Part shown: piece by piece, positions 7,408 to 14,510 of the stretch
Layout: every line of letters starts with the position of its first letter
How positions within the stretch are numbered: position 1 is the stretch's first letter
Assembly: GCA_027031765.1 (NCBI GenBank)
Contig: JALVPN010000069.1
Span: 1-16,051 of the forward strand
Reading direction: 5' to 3'
DNA from: Promethearchaeota archaeon
GTDB lineage: Archaea; Asgardarchaeota; Thorarchaeia; Thorarchaeales; Thorarchaeaceae
DNA length: 16,051 bases
Made by a program: the position numbers and the translations under genes
The notes under the pieces: model-generated
Told to the model about the DNA's origin: nothing
Seen by the model: only the letters and a program-made list of their open reading frames with translations
Database searches by the model: none

Positions 7408-9302
7408 TTTCCTGTCCCTCCAGCAGCAGCAGCCCCTTCTAGTCGTCGCTTGAGTCGGGTTCCATAGTAGTCCTGTGCGACCTCTATCTTCTCCGTCATG
7501 AACTTGACCACGCTACGATCACTTCTCTTGTACTCATGGTTGTTGTCGGTGCACACTCGAGTGACGGCGACCCTTGCCCTTCCGAAGTGTATGGGGTTCT
7601 CTCCCATGTCCCGGTAGTGGTGTCTTCCGATACGAATCCCTCCCCTCTCCTTGACTCCCATCGCAAGGAACAGCAGGCCCAACCGGACATCGTCTAGGTT
7701 CCTATACCTCACTAAACCACTGAAGGCTGTCGTATTGCCTCCAAGCTGTCTTACCACCTCTGCACTGAAGACCCATTCTCCCACTTTCACATCACTTGCT
7801 TTCACCTCTGTGTTCGTGTCCGGCAGTGCATCGTCGACCTCCACCAGTGACCGCAGCCCTCCCGCACGGTCACTCTTTGCACCGTGGCCGCCCTGTGCCC
7901 TGACGGTGAGGCCAAAGATGTCACAGACCACGCAAGGGTTGTTAGTGCTCCGACACTCGGGCCGGCGGAGGATTTTCCCATCAGTCCCATACAACTCCCT
8001 GTGATGGTGACTCTCAGTCCCCTTCTGTGCTCTCCCCTGTATGACGAAGCACGAGTCTATCTCTCCATTCTCCTCTCTGAACAGGAGTTCCATCCGTGAC
8101 CTGAATATGCCCTTCAAGGTAGAACCCGGTATTACATACCGACGGTCAAGGGTACGTCGCTTTGAACGGACTGCTTGGTATGCGAACCGTTCATATGCGT
8201 GCATATCAAGTTCCATGTCCTTTGCAAGGGTTTCCGCGTCTTCAAAGGAAATACCCTTTGCAATGTGTTCCATGAGAGTCCCCTCCTTGAAGGGGACGGT
8301 CTTCTCCCCCGAGCCTACGTGAATATAGTAACCATCAATGGGCACTACGGCGAAGTGTATGACCCCACTCCTGCTTGGGTCTGTGAACTCACGTGGTGTC
8401 GGGCGGACTGTCCGGAGTTTCAGATTCCCGTCACTGACAGGTGCTCCGTGCTGGATGCTCTCTACTGTAGGTCTCTCGGTGTCCCGTCCTTCCATATATG
8501 CGTTCCATGTCTTGCTTGCCCATTCCCGTATCTGCATGGTGAGGTCACCCCCGGTGGTCGGCATTCCCGTCCCGTGTCCACTGTCAGCTGACCCCCCACT
8601 GTCTATCAGTGACGGCCGGTACTCTTCGGCCCCCGTGACCTTCACTCTGACCTTTCCAAACCCCACTGATGTCCGTCCACCAATGCGCAACCGCCCGTCG
8701 TTGCAGGCCAGCAGTGAGTCAAGCAGGAGGGCAAGCTCGTGAACGGCGAGTCCTCTGCATACCAGTCGGGTCTTGAACAGGCTCCCAGGCACGACGTACT
8801 CGGCCGTGAAGAGGGCTCCCTTCGCAACACTCCCAGCCAACCGGTCAACGCCGGTTCCCGGTCTGACCGAAGTGAATACGTGTGTTGGCCCTGCTGGGTA
8901 CGCGTCTTGGAACCGCACCCTGCCCCGATATCCCGGGCTCCCAAAAATACGACACGCAATACAGAACGTCGACAATATCTCCCGGACTCTGTTGTCGTTG
9001 CCTTTCTTCTGGGCGTCTTGGATTGCGCGTGAATTCTCTTTGTTGCCCCCACAGCTCTCTCTATTGTTAAGTATGTCACAGACTTGGATGCCGAGTCCCC
9101 GCAGTCGCTGCTCAACGAACGCCCTCAGTACACCCTTGATTGATGAGCCGGGGATGTATGGGGTGCTGTCCCCGTCCACTGAAATGCGGAGCAGGGGGAG
9201 GTCATATTCAGGATTCTGTTTCGCATCTCCGACCTTCAGCGGCGACTTGACTCTGAGCTCAAGGTCGATGACCTGTACGACATCGGGTGTATGCACTGCC
9301 AC
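7404..9302 (-). CDS. cas7: Cas7-Cas7 fusion protein (Csm3-like plus Csm5-like RAMP), 632 aa
   Basis: Domain 1: SPLKVG..YDLPLLR, PYIPGSSIKGVLR, C..C/CIAC, IGGRTSVGFG. Domain 2: YIHVGSG, YVIPGSTLKGIFRS, C..C/CVVCDIFG, IGRHHYR...FGRARV. A G/S/T-rich linker joins them with no stop codon. GTG start after GGAGGGG. Confidence 0.9.
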   Translation of the reverse strand: MAVHTPDVVQVIDLELRVKSPLKVGDAKQNPEYDLPLLRISVDGDSTPYIPGSSIKGVLRAFVEQRLRGLGIQVCDILNNRESCGGNKENSRAIQDAQKKGNDNRVREILSTFCIACRIFGSPGYRGRVRFQDAYPAGPTHVFTSVRPGTGVDRLAGSVAKGALFTAEYVVPGSLFKTRLVCRGLAVHELALLLDSLLACNDGRLRIGGRTSVGFGKVRVKVTGAEEYRPSLIDSGGSADSGHGTGMPTTGGDLTMQIREWASKTWNAYMEGRDTERPTVESIQHGAPVSDGNLKLRTVRPTPREFTDPSRSGVIHFAVVPIDGYYIHVGSGEKTVPFKEGTLMEHIAKGISFEDAETLAKDMELDMHAYERFAYQAVRSKRRTLDRRYVIPGSTLKGIFRSRMELLFREENGEIDSCFVIQGRAQKGTESHHHRELYGTDGKILRRPECRSTNNPCVVCDIFGLTVRAQGGHGAKSDRAGGLRSLVEVDDALPDTNTEVKASDVKVGEWVFSAEVVRQLGGNTTAFSGLVRYRNLDDVRLGLLFLAMGVKERGGIRIGRHHYRDMGENPIHFGRARVAVTRVCTDNNHEYKRSDRSVVKFMTEKIEVAQDYYGTRLKRRLEGAAAAGGTGK

Positions 9303-9313
9303 TCTGTCCCCTC

Positions 9314-9997
9314 CTACTCTATCACGACCTCATCTGTGATGTCCCTGTACTCGAGTCTGAGTCCACGCACATCGTCCGCAGTCAGAATGGCCACTCTGGT
9401 GATGTCGAGTGAAACAACGCCCAGTCCTGAAGTCGTCTTGCCACCAATCGCAATCCGGGAGTTCTTCAGTTCGCTGAGGACAAGCCGCATGGCCTTTGCC
9501 TCTAGAGTGTCATCCCTGATGTCGATGTTCTCCATTATCAGCTTGAACGAGAAACGTGTACCCGGTGCTACTGTTTCGATGTCGTACTTTTTCCTTGGGC
9601 TTGCTGCGCCCGTCGTACGGTCTATCGCGACACCCGGCTTTGTATGGACTGCTACGGGCTCCAACGGGTGGCAGTCTACAAACGCCACATGTCCACGTAC
9701 TCTCGTATCCTTGCCAGCGCTGCCAAACAGGTACTGGACTACCCTCTCTCCACCACTGACACCGGACAAGAGGGGTTCAAGGTGCGACCTGACCACTCCC
9801 TTCACACTGGAACCTGGGATGTATGGTACTTCCTCATTGCCAATCCTCACCCGGATGACTGGGTTGTCGGTAGACCCCCGTGTGGTAGCGGCTCCGATGT
9901 GAACCTGTGTCACCGCCCTCAGGACACCTTCCACAACTGTACGACACTTGAAGACATCGAAGTCTCCAGGAGCAATTTTGCTGTCGTCCTCATTCAT
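9314..9997 (-). CDS. csm3: Csm3-type Cas7 backbone RNase, 227 aa
   Basis: DFDVF..RTVVEG, VHIG, the catalytic-Asp motif TDNPVIR, PYIPGSSVKGVVRS, LFGS, PGVAIDRTTG, IGGKTTSGLG. Confidence 0.92.
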   Translation of the reverse strand: MNEDDSKIAPGDFDVFKCRTVVEGVLRAVTQVHIGAATTRGSTDNPVIRVRIGNEEVPYIPGSSVKGVVRSHLEPLLSGVSGGERVVQYLFGSAGKDTRVRGHVAFVDCHPLEPVAVHTKPGVAIDRTTGAASPRKKYDIETVAPGTRFSFKLIMENIDIRDDTLEAKAMRLVLSELKNSRIAIGGKTTSGLGVVSLDITRVAILTADDVRGLRLEYRDITDEVVIE

Positions 9998-10057
9998 AGT
10001 TCATCCACTCCATGACCCGTCATGTGTGTAGGAACGCCCCCTGCAGTCACCGCTCGG

Positions 10058-10516
10058 TCATCTCGGCCCTTTCCTCGGTCGTCTGTCCTGGCCACGGGAG
10101 TCCCCGAATACCAACCTTGCCAATTGGTCAAATGCGTCTTCTCTGTTGCTTATCCTTCGCATGTCCTCGGGTCTCAGTTTCTCGGCGCCCTTGTAGAGGC
10201 GCTTCAGGTGCGTGAGATACATGCGGGCAAGTGCAGTCGCGTCGGCCGTGTCGAGCTTGTACAGATCTGCTAGGTCTTCGTACACCTGCTTGGAGAACTC
10301 TCTAGGCAATACCTCACGCTGTCCACTCTGGTAGACAAGATGTTCCTGTACTAGCAGTATTGCGTCCTTTCCCTTTCCCCTTGAGAACACTTCAAGGAGC
10401 TGGTTGACCTGTGATGAGGCGCCGCTTCCACGTTTGGCCACTCCAAGTTTGGCCACTGCAAATGCCGCATAGTTCAGGAGGTCGAGCTGACTGGGTCTGG
10501 GATTTCCCTCGGTCAT
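10058..10516 (-). CDS. cas11: Cas11/Csm2-like small subunit, ~152 aa (alternative start 10594)
   Basis: Small, apparently all-helical protein and first gene of the operon. SSQVNQLL, LVYQSGQR and ARMYLTHLKRLY resemble type III small-subunit patterns. The call rests on position and general pattern. Confidence 0.68.
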   Translation of the reverse strand: MTEGNPRPSQLDLLNYAAFAVAKLGVAKRGSGASSQVNQLLEVFSRGKGKDAILLVQEHLVYQSGQREVLPREFSKQVYEDLADLYKLDTADATALARMYLTHLKRLYKGAEKLRPEDMRRISNREDAFDQLARLVFGDSRGQDRRPRKGPR

Positions 10517-10830
10517 TGTTACGTAACTCTCCAGTGCACATGTGCAGACCGCGGCAATGTGACTCTTGACACAACGACTTGGGTGCGCTGACATCTAGCA
10601 CGCCAGTCCTCGGTCGGCCGCGCAGGAGTCCATTGCAGACCTCTGGGGTCACAGTATCTGTGTGTATGGTCTGAGGATAGGGCCCCCTCCTGCCACACTG
10701 TACGTACATGCATCACGTTGCACCCATCTGCTCTTCCAGTATGGAGGGCCCGGCGTGAAGATGTATGTAGCTGTTCCATTTCATTGTGGTGTCACATGCC
10801 ACATATCTGACTATACCTCTTCGAATGCCA

Positions 10831-10840
10831 CTATATAAAG
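10831..10840. promoter_or_regulatory. Archaeal TATA-box-like element (TATATAAA on +, TTTATATA on -)
   Basis: CTATATAAAG is a conspicuous AT-rich element in the GC-rich divergent intergenic region. Direction cannot be determined. Confidence 0.45.
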
Positions 10841-11380
10841 AGATGTCTGGCCACCACTGTCCGACACGGGCGTCGCAGGGGCCTCCAGAGGCTGTTCTGG
10901 GCGGTTTCTGTGAGGCGTCCCGTCTGTCCCCAGGAAATGGCTGGCGCACTTGGCGATGTTGGGTAACGAGAATAAACTCGACCCCCACTGTATGTGTGTC
11001 CTGTGTACCGTAGCACCTCCTGCCATGACACAATGTGTACCTCTCATTTTGCAGATTGTAGCAACCGTACCGGCTGTGGCACTGTGTCGTGGGTTCCATT
11101 GTGGTGGTTTCCGGCAGCAATGTCCACACGCGTGCCGCCGTTTGATGGGAGTGCCCGTCATCTCCAGCTGTATGCCTGTTCGACTGAGAGTTTATTAGAC
11201 GGGACTGCCCAAGACGCGGACTCGTGCGGTGATAACGACACTGAGAGAAAAGTCACAGGCGGTGTGTCCGTCTGACCTGGTGTGTAGATATGCATAGCCA
11301 AGACATGGGGGTGATGTGATGGTGTCCTGTCCACCAAACGACCCAATGCCCATACCGCCATGGTAGAAGCCATGCGCCTG

Positions 11381-11599
11381 ACAGAGGGCGGAGTGGCTGG
11401 GAATCCCGACCGAGTCGGGACTATGGCTCTCAATGGTGCAGCAGTGGTGTCCGCGACATTTCCGTTGCGGATACCCTTCCTTCTCTGTGGCCCACCAGTG
11501 ACAATCGCAGCACCCGCACCGAATTCCCGCTTGCTGGATTGTCGTGGGCTGTGTGCCCCCATCGGAGCGCACAGTCCCTGCGGCAGGACACAGTGGGTC
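11381..11599 (+). ncRNA. Putative structured non-coding RNA or long structured 5' UTR, family unknown
   Basis: Six nested, mutually compatible helices of 7-12 bp cover much of the segment. Their 8 G-U pairs all work on the + strand only (details in findings). Confidence 0.45.
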
Positions 11600-11675
11600 G
11601 TTTTCTGTGGCGTGTTGTTGGCCGTGCTTGACGATGGCCTCAAAGTCCATCCGGTTGGGTGTGGTAGATACCTGT

Positions 11676-12326
11676 ATGAGGTGGAGCTATAGGGATCGTA
11701 CTGAGGCCGGTGAGGTACTTGCGGACGAGCTTGTACGTGGCGGTGTTGGTCGTCCATTGCTCGTCCTTGCTGTACCGAATGGGGGTGTCAAGGTAGCGGC
11801 CCCCATGGCGCGTGCCCTGGGTGCGGACCTCGACATTGTTGTTGTCCGCAAGTTGCAGGTCCCGCACAACCCTGAGGCGGGGTTCGGGGCACTGACCTCT
11901 CTTGGGGCTGTCTTCCTGAACCAGCGGCTTGTAGAGTACCTGGGGCTGTCGCCGGACGTGGTGGAGCGGGTGAGGGCACGGACAGCGGCACAGGTCGAGG
12001 CGCGGGTGATGCGTTACCGCAGCGTTCTTGCTGAGAAGAGTCCTGCGGGGAAGCATGTGGTGCTGGTCGATGACGGTCTTGCGTCCGGGTACACGATGCT
12101 GGCTGCGGTCGAGTCTGTCCGAGAGAAGGGCCCGCTGAGCATCACTGTGGCTGCGCCCACTGCTTCCGAGAGTGCTGTCCGGCTGTTGCGTCCGCGCGTC
12201 GACCGGCTGGTGTGTCCGCGTGTCACGGGTGGGCCGGTGTTTGCTGTCGCCGACGCATACAGGGACTGGTACGATGTACCGGACGACGAGGTGGAGGCCA
12301 TCCTCCGTGCCTACGGTGCAGTGTGA
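11676..12326 (+). CDS. Phosphoribosyltransferase-family protein (COG1926-like), 216 aa
   Basis: YRDRTEAGEVLA, VLAVPNGGV, VVRKLQVPHNPEAGFGA, the PRPP-binding motif VVLVDDGLASGYT, and YRDWYDVPDDEV. ATG at 11676. Confidence 0.9.
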   Translation: MRWSYRDRTEAGEVLADELVRGGVGRPLLVLAVPNGGVKVAAPMARALGADLDIVVVRKLQVPHNPEAGFGALTSLGAVFLNQRLVEYLGLSPDVVERVRARTAAQVEARVMRYRSVLAEKSPAGKHVVLVDDGLASGYTMLAAVESVREKGPLSITVAAPTASESAVRLLRPRVDRLVCPRVTGGPVFAVADAYRDWYDVPDDEVEAILRAYGAV

Positions 12327-12378
12327 GGATAGTATCAACCCCAGTCCTCGTCTGATTGGGGCTACGGTGCAGTGTGAG
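12311..12378 (+). repeat. 17-bp perfect direct repeat CTACGGTGCAGTGTGAG (12311-12327 and 12362-12378)
   Basis: Read directly from the sequence. The first copy covers the last codons and stop of the PRTase gene; the copies are 51 bp apart. Confidence 0.95.
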
Positions 12379-12498
12379 TGGCAATGTGCCTGCCCTGTAG
12401 TCTCAACCCCACTTCTAGTCTGGGCGGGATTGGAATGCGTATAGCCGAGTGGAGCTAGCACTGGAGTCGTTTCAACCCCACTTCTAGTCTGGGCGGGA
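12332..12498. CRISPR. CRISPR mini-array: three 30-nt repeats (possibly 37 nt) and two spacers of 38 and 39 nt
   Basis: 12400-12429 GTCTCAACCCCACTTCTAGTCTGGGCGGGA and 12469-12498 GTTTCAACCCCACTTCTAGTCTGGGCGGGA match at 29/30. 12332-12361 GTATCAACCCCAGTCCTCGTCTGATTGGGG matches at 22/30. Periods are 68 and 69. The minus-strand reading ends GTGGGGTTGAAAC. Orientation is ambiguous. Confidence 0.75.
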
Positions 12499-12522
12499 CT
12501 CGTGCACTGCTGATGGGACGGG

Positions 12523-13728
12523 TCACGAGATTATTGCCTCGCGTTCGAAGAGCTTGGCGCCAATCAGTAGGGTCGCCACTGTGAAGCCGAGGAGGTAGAG
12601 CATGTTGCCCATGAGGCTGATGGGCGTGGCTGCTCCTGACAGGACACCGTTGAGGATGAGGATTGCGTGTGTGAAGGGCACCAGCATGACGAAGGTACCG
12701 AAGAGGCCACCGAAGGCGCTGATGCTACCGGCGAAGCCGAGTATCCCGATGACCATTGTCGGGATGAGGAGGGCGAAGTTGTTGACGGCCTCCGCGGTCG
12801 CCTGGTCCCTTGCAAGGCACGAGATGACCACGCCAATGCCGATGGCACACAGGAGCACCAGGAACTGGCAGAAGACGATCAGTGGCAGGGATGCGAGGTT
12901 GACGGTGTAGAACGCCGTATAGTCGATGGGCTCGTCAGGTAGGCCCGCGTCGCGGATGATTATGGAGAGGTTGTACAGCAGGACGCCGACCACTGTGAAG
13001 CCCGTGTATATCACAGTGATGACAAGCCCGGCGACGAGTTTCGCGGCGAGGATTTTGAGCCTGCTCATCGGCACTACGAGCAGGGCCTCCAGGGTGTGGC
13101 GCTCCCTCTCGCCGGCGAACGACTGGCTCACGTATGGTGCTGGTGCGACGACGGAAGTGAGCATGATGAGGAATATTGCGAGCTGGTGTCCGTAGGTGCG
13201 TTCTGGGGCGATGGTCTCCCAGCTGAACTGGACCTCCTGCACCACGATGATGCGCGTAATCTGGGAGTAGATGAAGCCGCGGATGAGCCATGCCACCGAT
13301 GTCGCCCTGAAGTTCCCGGTGTTGACGTAGAACTCCACGAGGCACGAGTGCGTCGTGTTGAGCAGGTACGTGAAGTTCTCAGGTATCACAATCCAGACCG
13401 TCAGGCGTCGTTCCGCGATGAGCTGTTGCCCCTCCTCTCGTGTGATGTTGATGATCTGCCGTATCCTGAGGTCTTCGGAGTGGTTGACGATGCTCCTGAA
13501 CAGCTGCTGGCCCAGTGGCCCATTGTCCTCAAGCGTCATGTATACGTCCGATGGCTCCACGGTGGTCTCGCCGACGACAAAGGACAGGAACGCCCCCTGG
13601 AACATCCATGCGAAGATAGGACTGATTATGAAGCCCAGCATGAGCCACCGGGAGCGCACTATCGACTTGACCTCTTTCTTGATGAGCCAGTACACCTTCT
13701 TGTCCATCACCCGTCCCTTTACCATCAC
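12523..13728 (-). CDS. ABC-2 type exporter permease, ~401 aa
   Basis: N-terminal TM helix, an extracytoplasmic domain, the motif SFAGERERHTLEALLVVPMSRLKILAAKL, and several C-terminal TM helices. Its start overlaps the ATPase stop. Confidence 0.92.
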   Translation of the reverse strand: MMVKGRVMDKKVYWLIKKEVKSIVRSRWLMLGFIISPIFAWMFQGAFLSFVVGETTVEPSDVYMTLEDNGPLGQQLFRSIVNHSEDLRIRQIINITREEGQQLIAERRLTVWIVIPENFTYLLNTTHSCLVEFYVNTGNFRATSVAWLIRGFIYSQITRIIVVQEVQFSWETIAPERTYGHQLAIFLIMLTSVVAPAPYVSQSFAGERERHTLEALLVVPMSRLKILAAKLVAGLVITVIYTGFTVVGVLLYNLSIIIRDAGLPDEPIDYTAFYTVNLASLPLIVFCQFLVLLCAIGIGVVISCLARDQATAEAVNNFALLIPTMVIGILGFAGSISAFGGLFGTFVMLVPFTHAILILNGVLSGAATPISLMGNMLYLLGFTVATLLIGAKLFEREAIIS

Positions 13729-14504
13729 GCCTCACCCCCATAGACCCCCTCGCCGGTCACCAGGCCCATGAACACTTCCTCCAGGTCTGCCGCCCTGTAC
13801 TTCTCCTCCAGTTCGCTGGGCCTGCCTATGGCCACCAGGCGTCCCTCATTGAGGATCCCGACCCTGTGGCACAGCTCCGAGACCTCGACCATGTCGTGTG
13901 TGGTCAGCACGATTGTCAGGTCGTCCTCGCTGCTCAGACGCCTGAGCAGGTTCCGCACGATCCGGGCCCCGATGGTGTCGACCCCCGTCGTCGGCTCGTC
14001 GAGGAATATCACCTCCGGCTCTATGATGAGGGCCCTTGCAACGAGGACCTTGCGCTTCATGCCACCACTGAACCTCTTCACCTGCTCGTCCGCCCTGTCG
14101 CTCAGGCCGACGATTTCGAGCAGCGTGTCAGCACGGCGGTAGAGCTCGTCCTCGTCTATCCCGTACATGCCACCGTAGTAGACGAGGTTCTCGCGGGCCG
14201 TGAGCCGCTCATAGATGCCCGCCTCCTGTGGGAGCAGTGCCACTCTCGGGCGGATGTCCTCTATCTCAGTGACGACGTCCTTGCCGAGCACCCACGCACG
14301 GCCCCGGGTGGGCCTGAGCAGTCCGACCAGCAGACGTATCAGCGTCGTCTTGCCCGCGCCATTGGGGCCTATGAGCCCGAAGACCTCGCCGCGCCCCACC
14401 TCCATTGTCACACTGTCGAGGGCGACCACCTCGCGTCGTGTCCCTGGTGAGAAGACCTTGGTCAGCTCTTCAGTCCTTATTACCGGGCCGTCGTGAGCGG
14501 ACAC
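13725..14504 (-). CDS. ABC transporter ATP-binding protein, 259 aa
   Basis: Walker A GPNGAGKTT, signature FSGGMKRK, Walker B IFLDEPT, H-loop TTH. Confidence 0.96.
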   Translation of the reverse strand: MSAHDGPVIRTEELTKVFSPGTRREVVALDSVTMEVGRGEVFGLIGPNGAGKTTLIRLLVGLLRPTRGRAWVLGKDVVTEIEDIRPRVALLPQEAGIYERLTARENLVYYGGMYGIDEDELYRRADTLLEIVGLSDRADEQVKRFSGGMKRKVLVARALIIEPEVIFLDEPTTGVDTIGARIVRNLLRRLSSEDDLTIVLTTHDMVEVSELCHRVGILNEGRLVAIGRPSELEEKYRAADLEEVFMGLVTGEGVYGGEA

Positions 14505-14510
14505 CGCTTG

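Noticed and set aside
10603-10680. CCAGTCCTCG and TGAGGATAG also found around right-array repeat 1
   Set aside because: Short, in a different order and spacing, and not supportable as a repeat remnant or target.
11515-11532. Minus-strand AAGCGGGAATTCGGTGCG resembling the cobalamin riboswitch GGGAA..CGGTG core
   Set aside because: The following AATCC, CCCCGCAACTGT and AGnCAG elements are missing.
11464-11611. RNase P-like GCCACAGAAA and SRP-like GGAAGGG...GCAAC words on the minus strand
   Set aside because: No GAGGAAAGTCC or P4 partner for RNase P, and no correctly spaced helix-8 motif for SRP.
11195-11650. 151-aa minus-strand ORF (and 11158-11757) in the intergenic gap
   Set aside because: Composition is rich in Cys/His/Pro and typical of non-coding translation; no family or clear ribosome site. 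Not fully excluded.
11681-11689. GTGGAGCTA shared between the second right-hand spacer and the PRTase start; other 9-10-nt spacer matches in the window
   Set aside because: Matches this short are expected by chance in 16 kb.
11360-11692. 110-aa + ORF containing LDCRGLCAP, reminiscent of the TusA LDxRGLxCPxP motif
   Set aside because: Motif spacing is wrong, it is internal rather than N-terminal, and the rest does not resemble TusA.
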